Shown here piece by piece: positions 17,421 to 26,035 of a stretch of DNA of 35,273 nucleotides. The translations under genes were made by a program, and so were the position numbers. How positions within the stretch are numbered: the first letter of the stretch is position 1; every line of letters begins with the position of its first letter. The stretch covers positions 1-35,273 of the forward strand of contig JBAXKK010000020.1 in NCBI GenBank assembly GCA_037137395.1, in the 5' to 3' direction. This stretch comes from Elusimicrobiota bacterium (GTDB lineage Bacteria; Elusimicrobiota; Elusimicrobia; Elusimicrobiales; UBA9959). The notes under the pieces are model-generated. The model searched no databases and was not told the DNA's origin. It saw only the letters and a program-made list of their open reading frames with translations.

Positions 17421-17507
17421 ATAAGTGGTAAGGATTAAGCGGTAAGTGTTTCAAGGATGCTTTTAATCCTCGGCGCTTACTGCTTAGCACTTAATCCTTA
17501 CTCCTTG
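17410..17507. repeat. Two inverted arrays of heptamer repeats
   Basis: TAAG at 17414, 17422, 17429, 17436 and 17443; CTTA at 17476, 17483, 17490 and 17497; GTAAGGATTAAG / CTTAATCCTTAC is an exact 12-bp inverted pair. Confidence 0.8.
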
Positions 17508-17532
17508 GTTTTTTACGCCGTAGGCTCAGATC

Positions 17533-18708
17533 ATGCCCGAACGCTACATTATACATGTGGATATGGACGCCTTCTTCGCCGCCGTAGAGCAGCGGGATAA
17601 TCCGGCTTTGCGGGGGAGGCCGGTGATCGTCGGGTCGGACCCGAAAGGCGGCAAGGGCCGGGGCGTGGTTTCCACCTGCTCCTACGAAGCCCGTAAATTC
17701 GGTATCAGGTCGGCGATGCCCATATCGGAAGCCTGGCGCAGATGTCCCAATGGCGTTTTTGTGACCCCCAATTTCGCCAGCTATTCGCGGGCGTCTGAGA
17801 TAATACACAAGATTTTTTATGACTTCACTCCGGACATAGAGCCGATAAGCATTGACGAAGCGTTCCTGGATATCACACGCAGCTATAAATTATTCGGCAC
17901 GCCGCTGGATGTCTGCCGCCTGATAAAAGAGCGCATAAAAGCTGAGACCGGGCTCACGGCCTCGGTGGGGCTGGCGCCGAATAAGATGGCCGCCAAGATC
18001 GCGTCCGACCTTAAAAAGCCGGACGGGCTGGTGGAAGTGAAGGCCGGAGAGGTATCTGAGTTCCTGCGGCCCCTGAATATCGGGCGCATCTGGGGGCTGG
18101 GCCCCAAGACTGCCAATATATTGAGAGAGCAGGGTATCCATACCGTGGGTCAGCTGGCCGACTGCGCTCCGGCTGAGCTTTACAGGCTTTTCGGCAAGCA
18201 CGGCCCCCAACTTCTTGAACTGGCCCTGGGCCATGACGACCGGGAAGTGGTTATGGAGAGCGAGGCCAAGTCTGTAAGCAATGAATTTACTTTTGAGGAA
18301 GATACGGCGGCAGAGCGGGATATATCCGAGGCGCTTCTGGCTTTGTGCGACAAGGTTTCTTCCCGCTTGAGGGCGGACGGGGTTAAGGGGCGCACTATCA
18401 CTCTTAAAATAAGGCTGGAGGGCTTTATAACCTTTACCCGGGCCGCGACCATTCCTTTCGCTACCAACTATACCGACGTCATACACGAAAGCGTCCGGGA
18501 ACTTTACGGAGCTTTTAATCGCGGCGGAAAAAAGGTGCGGCTGCTTGGCGTGAAGGTTTCCGGTTTGATGCCGTCGGAGATCAAGGAATCGCTATTCGAT
18601 GATGAGATGAATAATAAATTTGAGGTGGCGCATAAGGCGGTGGAAACTATCCGGGGCAAGTTTGGGCACGGCGCTATCTATCGTGCCGGGGGAAAGAAAG
18701 AAATTTGA
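17533..18708 (+). CDS. dinB: DNA polymerase IV (Y family)
   Basis: HVDMDAFFAAVE, SYEARKFG, SIDEAFLD, AKIASD and KPDG. Confidence 0.96.
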   Translation: MPERYIIHVDMDAFFAAVEQRDNPALRGRPVIVGSDPKGGKGRGVVSTCSYEARKFGIRSAMPISEAWRRCPNGVFVTPNFASYSRASEIIHKIFYDFTPDIEPISIDEAFLDITRSYKLFGTPLDVCRLIKERIKAETGLTASVGLAPNKMAAKIASDLKKPDGLVEVKAGEVSEFLRPLNIGRIWGLGPKTANILREQGIHTVGQLADCAPAELYRLFGKHGPQLLELALGHDDREVVMESEAKSVSNEFTFEEDTAAERDISEALLALCDKVSSRLRADGVKGRTITLKIRLEGFITFTRAATIPFATNYTDVIHESVRELYGAFNRGGKKVRLLGVKVSGLMPSEIKESLFDDEMNNKFEVAHKAVETIRGKFGHGAIYRAGGKKEI

Positions 18709-19224
18709 CTATTTTTTGGCTTGGGCTATCTCGGCTTTATGTTCCAGAACGGTTATCATTATCCGCGCGCAGGCTTCGGCGTCCGAGAGCGCGTTGTGGT
18801 GATTCAGCGGAATGCTGAGGTGATGACATACATGGGAGAGCTTGGCCGGGGAGATCTTTAAGACGCTGCGGGCCAATTTGACCGTGCAATGAAAGGGCTG
18901 CTCCGGTACTTTCAGTCCCGCCTGCGCGCAGCAGGCGTGGAGCACGCCTTTATCGAAGCTCGCGTTATGCGCCGCGAAGAATTCGGCGTCTTTAAGGAAG
19001 GCTTCTAGCTTGGGCCAGAGCTGTTTAAAAGTGGGTGCGTCCTTCACATCGGCCCAGGTCAGGCCGTGGATCTCAGTGAAAATAAAGGTCTGGCGCGGCG
19101 GCCTGATGAGATGGTGCTCGCTGCGCACGATCTTGCTGCCCTCTACGCGAGCGAGTCCTACCGAGCAGGCGGAATCTCTGCCGTAGTCGGCCGTTTCGAA
19201 ATCGATGGCTACAAAAGAAGGCAT
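18709..19224 (-). CDS. DEDDh 3'-5' exonuclease (DNA pol III epsilon-like)
   Basis: AIDFET, AHNASFD and HHNALSDA. Confidence 0.92.
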   Translation of the reverse strand: MPSFVAIDFETADYGRDSACSVGLARVEGSKIVRSEHHLIRPPRQTFIFTEIHGLTWADVKDAPTFKQLWPKLEAFLKDAEFFAAHNASFDKGVLHACCAQAGLKVPEQPFHCTVKLARSVLKISPAKLSHVCHHLSIPLNHHNALSDAEACARIMITVLEHKAEIAQAKK

Positions 19225-19360
19225 ATTTTTCAGGCTATCCGGGGGAATGTCAGAGTAACACGGATAAATTATACAAAATCGGTTATAGTTCCGGTCCGGC
19301 TCTGGCGGAAGGGTGACATTTATATTAAGATATTCTATTGAGGAAAGCCTGTGAAAAATT

Positions 19361-19996
19361 ATGTGCGAAAGATATTCTCAAACTTTTGAAGTTGATGAGC
19401 TTATAAAGCGTTTTGGCGTTAAGCCTCCCAGCATGCCCGTGCATCCTGGTTATAATATTGCGCCGGGCCAGATGGCCGCGGTGATTGCCGGTGGAATTAT
19501 TAAGATGCTTAAGTGGGGTTTTATCCCGGGCTGGGCCGGCGGAGAGATAAAAGAGGGTTTTGTAAATGCCCGCGCTGAAGGTCTGGCGTCACGGCCCACT
19601 TTTCGCACGGCTTTTTATAAGAGCCGCTGCATCGTGCCGGCGGACGGCTTCTACGAGTGGGCGCACACGGCCGGGGAAAAAGTGCCTTACCGCTTTGAGC
19701 GGAAAGACAAAAGCCTTTTTGCCATGGCCGGGGTTTATGACGAAGCTACGGGAACTTATGCCGTTGTCACCTGCGTTTCCAGCGCCCTTGTAAAAACGGT
19801 ACACCACCGGATGCCGGTGATACTGGACAAAGAGCGGGAAAAACTCTGGCTGGATATGCGCGCCAGTAATACCGAGGAACTTCTGCCAGTGCTACGGGCT
19901 TACGATTCGGCCTTAATGCACGGTTACAAGGTTTCCTCCCTTATCAATTCCCCGGAAAATAATTCCCCTGAATGCCTGAAGGCTATTGCAGAGTGA
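19361..19996 (+). CDS. SRAP (YedK/HMCES-like) abasic-site-processing protein
   Basis: N-terminal MC.RY, YNIAPGQ, NARAE, DGFYEW and HHRMPVIL. Confidence 0.93.
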   Translation: MCERYSQTFEVDELIKRFGVKPPSMPVHPGYNIAPGQMAAVIAGGIIKMLKWGFIPGWAGGEIKEGFVNARAEGLASRPTFRTAFYKSRCIVPADGFYEWAHTAGEKVPYRFERKDKSLFAMAGVYDEATGTYAVVTCVSSALVKTVHHRMPVILDKEREKLWLDMRASNTEELLPVLRAYDSALMHGYKVSSLINSPENNSPECLKAIAE

Positions 19997-20069
19997 ACCT
20001 GCGCGACAGCACAATAGAGCCTCAGGTACCGCACCGCCACAACAAAGCGATATTTTGTAAAATATACTA

Positions 20070-22073
20070 ATGGATATAGACCGGCGCGTGCCTCGCTTTT
20101 TTGGCGACACGATAAATCGCTATTGGCTAAAGCTAAGCCAATTAATCTCACCTCCGGAAATAAAAGGCCGGGGCGGGCTGTTTCTATGCTTTTTTTTGCT
20201 ATTCCTGACTTTCTCTTTGGTTACCCGACTCACGCTGCTGGCAATGGCCTGGCCGGAACTGGATGGCGGATTTTGGACGCTGCTGAAAATGTTCTTCGCA
20301 GGCTTCTTTTACGACTGCGCCGCTTTTTCTTACATCGGCGCGGCCTTGGCTCTTTACCTGCTGGTCCTGCCTGAAAAAATTTACACGGCCTTCTGGCATC
20401 GCCTTGCTGTCTACGGGCTTTTCTTTATCGGCGCTTTCCTTCTGTCCTTCAATCTGGCCGCCGAGTATTACTTCTTTTACGAATTTGGCGTGCGCTATAA
20501 CTTCATAGCCGTAGATTATCTGGTTTACACCAATGAAGTGCTGGGGAATATAAAGGAGTCATACAATCTGCCGGTGGCGCTGCCGCTGGTCGCTTTATTG
20601 TCCGCGGCGGCGCTGTGGCTCTTCGGCCGCCGCCTGGCCAGTTCTTTCACCTCTCACAGCCCTTTCCGCCGCCGCCTTACTCCGGCTCTGTGCGTCCTTG
20701 TCGCGCCTGTACTCTGCTTTTTATTTCTTGACGGCAGATTCGCCCAGGTTTCAAAGAATGAGTATGCCAACGAAGTTGCCATGAACGGACTTTACGCTTT
20801 CGGTTCAGCCTTCCTGAATAACGAATTGCCTTATGACAAGTTTTACGCCTCTATGGACGGAGGCGAGGCCTTTAAACTCCTGCGCGGCGGTCTGGCGGAG
20901 CCGGGGGCAAAGTTTGAGGATCAGGGCCTGGACATAAAAAGGCTGATAAAGGGGCGAGGGCCGCTGAAAAAGCTGAATGTTGTTGTTATAGTTGGCGAGA
21001 GTCTCAGCGCGGAATATCTCGCGGCTTTCGGCGCGGTGAAGGGCGAGGGGACTCTGCCGAACCTTGACGCCCTGGCCGGCAAATCACTTTTCTTTAAGCG
21101 GTATTACGCCGCCGGCACGCGCACCGTGCGGGGGCTTGAAGCCATGACGCTTTCCATCCCGCCGCTCCCCGGCACATCTATCGTGAAGCGGCCGGATAAC
21201 GGGAATTTCTTTTCCTGGGGCTCAGTGATGCGCGGCATGGGCTACGCTACGAAGTATGTTTACGCCGGCTACGGCTACTTTGACAACATGAACGCTTTTT
21301 ATTCCGGCAACGGCTTTGACATAGTTGACCGGGCTAATTTCGCCAAGAGCGAAATAACCTTTGCCAATATCTGGGGCGTGTGCGACGGCGATTTGTTATC
21401 AAAAACCCTTAAGGAAGCCGATATTGATTCCAAAGCCGGCAGGCCATTCTTTTACATGGTGGTGACCACCACTAACCATCGGCCCTTCACTTATCCTGAA
21501 GGTAAAATAGATATTCCGCCTTCGGAGAAGAGCCGCCGCGGGGCGCTTAAATATTCGGATTACGCCATAGGCGAGTTTCTGGCGGCTGCGAAAAATAAGC
21601 CCTGGTTCAGGGACACGATATTTGTTATCACCGCTGACCATTGCGCCAATTCAGCGGGAAGGACGGAGATCCCGGTTAATAATTACCATATACCGCTGAT
21701 CATTTATTCCCCGGCGCATATTAAACCGGCCGTGATCGAAACGCTGGCGGCTCAGGCGGATCTGGCTCCGACCATACTGGGATTGATGAACGCGTCCTAC
21801 GAAAGCAGATTTTTCGGACGGGATATTTTAAACGGGAAGCCGGAGGGCAGGGCCTTCCTCTCCACTTTCCAAAAAATGGGTCTGCTGAAAGACGGCCGTC
21901 TGGCCGTGCTGGGCCCGAAAAAATACCTGAAAACCTATAATTGGGACGAAGCCGCCCGGACCATAACCGGGACCACTGATAATAAAGTCCTGGAAGAAGA
22001 AGCCGTCTCTTTTTACCAGGGCGCTAATTATATCTACAAGAAACGTCTGAACAGGACCGGCGCGGGGAAATAA
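20070..22073 (+). CDS. LTA synthase/sulfatase-superfamily membrane phosphoglycerol or phosphoethanolamine transferase
   Basis: About 5 N-terminal TM helices; VVIVGESLS, GTRTVRG (Thr nucleophile), TTNHRPF, TADH and DLAPT. Confidence 0.9.
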   Translation: MDIDRRVPRFFGDTINRYWLKLSQLISPPEIKGRGGLFLCFFLLFLTFSLVTRLTLLAMAWPELDGGFWTLLKMFFAGFFYDCAAFSYIGAALALYLLVLPEKIYTAFWHRLAVYGLFFIGAFLLSFNLAAEYYFFYEFGVRYNFIAVDYLVYTNEVLGNIKESYNLPVALPLVALLSAAALWLFGRRLASSFTSHSPFRRRLTPALCVLVAPVLCFLFLDGRFAQVSKNEYANEVAMNGLYAFGSAFLNNELPYDKFYASMDGGEAFKLLRGGLAEPGAKFEDQGLDIKRLIKGRGPLKKLNVVVIVGESLSAEYLAAFGAVKGEGTLPNLDALAGKSLFFKRYYAAGTRTVRGLEAMTLSIPPLPGTSIVKRPDNGNFFSWGSVMRGMGYATKYVYAGYGYFDNMNAFYSGNGFDIVDRANFAKSEITFANIWGVCDGDLLSKTLKEADIDSKAGRPFFYMVVTTTNHRPFTYPEGKIDIPPSEKSRRGALKYSDYAIGEFLAAAKNKPWFRDTIFVITADHCANSAGRTEIPVNNYHIPLIIYSPAHIKPAVIETLAAQADLAPTILGLMNASYESRFFGRDILNGKPEGRAFLSTFQKMGLLKDGRLAVLGPKKYLKTYNWDEAARTITGTTDNKVLEEEAVSFYQGANYIYKKRLNRTGAGK

Positions 22074-22091
22074 AAATATACGGGAGCATCA

Positions 22092-23231
22092 ATGGATAAG
22101 ATAGAAGAGTTGCAAAATCGTTTAAACCTGCTGCTTCAATTCGGAGGGGTGGTATACAAAGAAACCCGTCTGGACAAGCTGCTTGAACTTATCGCGGCGC
22201 AGGTAAAGAAAATTCTTAACTGTGACCGCTGTACCGTCTTTATCCTGGACAAAAAAACCGAAGAACTCTGGTCTAAAGTGGCGCAGGGCATTCAGAATAC
22301 CGAAATTCGCATGCCTTCCAGCAAGGGCATAGCCGGAGAGGCGGCTTCCAAGGGCCGCATAGTGAACATCCCTGACGCTTATAAGGATCCTCTGTTCAAT
22401 CCGGAAATAGACCACATTACAGGATACCGGACCCGCACCATACTTGCAGTGCCGCTTAAGGATGTGGGCGGACACATTATGGGGGTTTTCCAGGTTATAA
22501 ATAAAAACGAGGGAAACTTTAACGGCGACGACGAGGCCGTGCTGCAGCTTATAAGCTCGATAGCCGCTTCCGCTATTGAAAACGCCCAGCTCTGCGAAAG
22601 CCTCTACAAGGCGCAGCTTGAAACTATTTACCGCCTGGCCATAACCGCGGAATACCGCGATCAGGAAGATACTGCCGTTCATCTGAAGCATGTGAGCGCC
22701 TACACCGCGCTGATAGCGGGGGGGATGGGCCTGTCCGAGCAGGAAATAGAGAATATTCGTTACGCGAGCCCGCTGCACGACATTGGAAAGGTGGGTATAC
22801 CTGACGCCATACTTTTAAAGCCTGCAAAGTTGACTCCCCAGGAATATGAGGTGATGAAAAAACACGCCTTCTACGGCGAGAAGATACTCAGCGAAGCCGA
22901 AACTCCGCTTCTGCGCATCGCGTGTCAGATAGCGGGATGTCACCATGAAAAATTTGACGGCACCGGCTACCCGGTCGGCACAAAAGGCGCTCAGATACCG
23001 CTTTACGCCCGCATCATGGCTGTGGCTGATGTCTTTGACGCCCTTTGCATGCACAGGGTGTATAAGCCGGCCTGGACGCCTGAAAAAGCCAGAGACCTTA
23101 TACGCTCGGAAAGCGGAAAAGCTTTTGACCCGGCCGTAGTAGAAGGGTTTGAAAAAGCGTTTGAAGAAATAGTCAAGATCAGTTCCGCTTCGGCTGCCAA
23201 TGCGCCAACAATATCCGTGGGTAAAGATTAG
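22092..23231 (+). CDS. GAF + HD-GYP cyclic-dinucleotide phosphodiesterase
   Basis: N-terminal GAF (GIAG, TGYRTRTILAVP, INK); LHDIGK, HHEKFDGTGYP and ADVFDAL. Confidence 0.93.
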   Translation: MDKIEELQNRLNLLLQFGGVVYKETRLDKLLELIAAQVKKILNCDRCTVFILDKKTEELWSKVAQGIQNTEIRMPSSKGIAGEAASKGRIVNIPDAYKDPLFNPEIDHITGYRTRTILAVPLKDVGGHIMGVFQVINKNEGNFNGDDEAVLQLISSIAASAIENAQLCESLYKAQLETIYRLAITAEYRDQEDTAVHLKHVSAYTALIAGGMGLSEQEIENIRYASPLHDIGKVGIPDAILLKPAKLTPQEYEVMKKHAFYGEKILSEAETPLLRIACQIAGCHHEKFDGTGYPVGTKGAQIPLYARIMAVADVFDALCMHRVYKPAWTPEKARDLIRSESGKAFDPAVVEGFEKAFEEIVKISSASAANAPTISVGKD

Positions 23232-23390
23232 CCTTATAAATGGATGCGCGCCGTCCATCATCACCCATTGTGGCCTCCTAAAAATGGTAAAATTTTAATA
23301 TTGAAGTTAAAGTAAAAATGCGGGAAGGGAGCGTGTTATTGTGAGGCGCGATTATCAGTCATCGCGGTAGCCCTCATCAAATAATTTATT

Positions 23391-25004
23391 ATGACAAGAC
23401 TCTTACTAATTTCGTTTTTATCATTTTTGTGCGGGCTGCCGGTCTTTGCCGCGGATAATATTAAAAGCGCGCCGGGAGATTTTTCCCCTGATAATATGAC
23501 ATCTTCCGCGGCGGTGACCGTTCCTCCTGCTTCCTACACCTTAGGTATGGCGCAGCGCAAGAGCGGAGATTACGCCGCCGCCAAAGAAACCTTTCTTAAA
23601 CTCCTGGCGCAGTCCCCGGATAGCGGCGGCGCGCTGGAAGGGCTGTCTCTTACCTGTATCTCCCTCGGGCAGTATGAAGAGGCGCGCGGCTATCTCGAGC
23701 GGTGGAAAGCGCAGTCTCCCCATAGCGTTTATGTGTTGGGTTTTCTCGCCAGGGTGCAGAACAGCCAAAGGGATGTGGAAGGGGCTTTGCAAACCTATAA
23801 AGAACTGGTTGAGTGCGATTCGCACGATTGTGTCGCGAGAAGGAATCTCGATTCTTCCATGGAACTGCTCCGCGCCGGGGTATTCCCCTGGGGGAAGTCC
23901 TATAAGTCTTATTCGATGGAAGGTCTTGATACGCCAAGCCCGCAGCGCATTCTTTATGAGGGGCATTCGGGCGGCAGCAGGTTCAGGGTGCCGCTTAAGG
24001 CAAACCTTGATCTGATCGGAGGCGTGGAGATCAGGGAAGAGGCGCAGAGGAACGATGGCCAGGATTTCACCTACTACGATATTCTTGAACAGATATACTC
24101 GGCAGGACTTGGCGGACGGCCCAGCCGCGACTTTAACTGGGAGGCCGAATACGGGCAGTCCGTGCTTTCAGACCTGGAAGTGCCTGGTGTGCAGGATAAA
24201 CTTTTAAGTCGTGTGCGCCTGGCCGGCGGCTGGCACGCCTATGATTCCGATTTTAAACTTGTTTTGACCCGCGCGCCTAAATTCGTTCGCGGTTCAGGCA
24301 CCACCCAGTATTTTGATTTGTTCAGAGAATACGCGGCGCGCGCCGAGGCGCAGTCCAGCCGTTGGAACTGGGATTGGCTGCTGAGGGCCGGGCTTTACGA
24401 CACTTCCGACGGGACGACCCTGGGGACTTATTCGCTTAGGGGGCTTCGGGAGTTCGGCGTTAATGTTGTTCAGTCAGGTTACTCCCACAGCCAGCAGGAA
24501 TTTTATAGCGCGTCCGCGGACGGGCGTCTCCTTTATGTTAATACCGACCGGCTCAATATAGGCATCAGGCGTACCATTACTGATATCTACACCATCGGCA
24601 CTTCCTACGCCCACACTTTTTACTCGGACGCCAACAGCTTACATGATCTCAACGCGGACCTGACCGCCTGGCTCCCTTGGAATAAAGAGTTCTCCGGCGG
24701 CTACCGCTTCTCGCTCCAGGATTATCGCGCGCCGTACACCGGCTATACCTCAAGCGATGTGCGCGCACATTGGCTCGGCGCCTATTGGCGGCGCTGTCAC
24801 GGGCAGAACTGGGCGGCCATGGCCGGCTACGAGCGTGGATTTATCAACGGCAGCCAGGGCTATTATCAGGGAAATAATTATCTCGCAGAAATAGAGTGGT
24901 ATCGCGGGGCCAACGCCTCTGTCCGCGCCCAGGGCAGGAAGAGCGACACGACTGTGCGCGACCGCTCCTACTCGGTGGGCTTGCAGGCCCGCTACAGCTT
25001 TTAA
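23391..25004 (+). CDS. Signal peptide + TPR + probable outer-membrane beta-barrel protein
   Basis: Signal peptide ending VFA; about 3 TPR-like units; then aromatic/Gly-rich amphipathic strands; C-terminal VGLQARYSF is a typical BAM signal. Confidence 0.75.
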   Translation: MTRLLLISFLSFLCGLPVFAADNIKSAPGDFSPDNMTSSAAVTVPPASYTLGMAQRKSGDYAAAKETFLKLLAQSPDSGGALEGLSLTCISLGQYEEARGYLERWKAQSPHSVYVLGFLARVQNSQRDVEGALQTYKELVECDSHDCVARRNLDSSMELLRAGVFPWGKSYKSYSMEGLDTPSPQRILYEGHSGGSRFRVPLKANLDLIGGVEIREEAQRNDGQDFTYYDILEQIYSAGLGGRPSRDFNWEAEYGQSVLSDLEVPGVQDKLLSRVRLAGGWHAYDSDFKLVLTRAPKFVRGSGTTQYFDLFREYAARAEAQSSRWNWDWLLRAGLYDTSDGTTLGTYSLRGLREFGVNVVQSGYSHSQQEFYSASADGRLLYVNTDRLNIGIRRTITDIYTIGTSYAHTFYSDANSLHDLNADLTAWLPWNKEFSGGYRFSLQDYRAPYTGYTSSDVRAHWLGAYWRRCHGQNWAAMAGYERGFINGSQGYYQGNNYLAEIEWYRGANASVRAQGRKSDTTVRDRSYSVGLQARYSF

Positions 25005-25021
25005 TTAACCTGAAGGTTTCC

Positions 25022-25957
25022 TTATTTTTTGGGACGTTCGCGTTCAAGCCAGATACGATAACCTCTAAAATGATGTATTGCGAACCCAGCGAAAGCAGGT
25101 TCGCTCCGGTTTGCTTTTTCGGTGAGCGCCAGTTCGCGCTCCATGTCCGGCTCTGTCAGGTGATTGAAAGATACTTTCTGGATCTCGTTAGGCGTCACTT
25201 CTACTCCGATCACTACTTTACGCTTGTTCAGCCCGGCGTACTTCAGCTCGTCCGCCGCGTGGGAAATAATACCGTCGCCGCCGTCGGCGTGGTCGCGATA
25301 ATCCATCAGCGCGACATAGTCATAAATATCCTGCACATGCTCACTAACAGGCTTGCTCCGCCCGTTCCATTTAAGTTCGATACCGTCGAGCCAGAATGGT
25401 ATGGCCGGACCGACCATCAGGGATTGTCCTGATTTTGTTTTCAATTCCATAAAACTCTGACCCAGATCCAGAAACTGCAGCAAAAGCTGCGTCTTACGTT
25501 CAGGCCACAGGTCCAGAATGTGCGGCTCAATGTCCAGGCTTATGCCGTCGAATCGCTCTTCCGGTTTAACGGTAGTATTATAGGTGAGCACCCGCTGGAA
25601 CATCGTCAGCGCATCTTTCCGCCGTTCCGGCAGAACATACTCTTCGGTATGCAGATACGCCGATCCCAGCAGCGCATGGGCGCGCAAGCCGTGACTATGC
25701 AGGCGGCGAAGGAACTGCCGGTATAATTCAGGCCGGCTCTCAAGCAGGTTGCGATCTTTGAACGCGTCGGCATAGAGATAGATGGTCCCGATCTTTTTAG
25801 ATCGCAGGAATGTTATGGCGTTTTTAGCCGCGGCGGTGTCCTCCAACATCTCATAGGAGTCTTTTTCCCATATCCATATAGCTCTTTCTGCCGGAGCCGC
25901 GAAAGCAGTCCCGAGCGACAGCAGAAGTCCTATTACTATCAATGCTCTGTTTTTCAT
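25022..25957 (-). CDS. Secreted TIM-barrel glycoside hydrolase-like protein
   Basis: Signal peptide ending AFA; AIWIW, FDGISLDIEP (GH18-like DxxxDxE), DYVALMDY and VVIGVE. Confidence 0.7.
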   Translation of the reverse strand: MKNRALIVIGLLLSLGTAFAAPAERAIWIWEKDSYEMLEDTAAAKNAITFLRSKKIGTIYLYADAFKDRNLLESRPELYRQFLRRLHSHGLRAHALLGSAYLHTEEYVLPERRKDALTMFQRVLTYNTTVKPEERFDGISLDIEPHILDLWPERKTQLLLQFLDLGQSFMELKTKSGQSLMVGPAIPFWLDGIELKWNGRSKPVSEHVQDIYDYVALMDYRDHADGGDGIISHAADELKYAGLNKRKVVIGVEVTPNEIQKVSFNHLTEPDMERELALTEKANRSEPAFAGFAIHHFRGYRIWLERERPKK

Positions 25958-26035
25958 TTATGTGCCCCTTTGCGGGAAATAAAGTGACGAAGCGGTCGTG
26001 GGTAGGGTATGATGGTGGAATCACACATGAAAGGA

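Noticed and set aside
13718..19996. Integrative element or prophage suggested by radC, dinB and SRAP
   Set aside because: RadC is the full-length chromosomal type; no integrase, relaxase, phage structural genes or att pair; housekeeping genes are interspersed.
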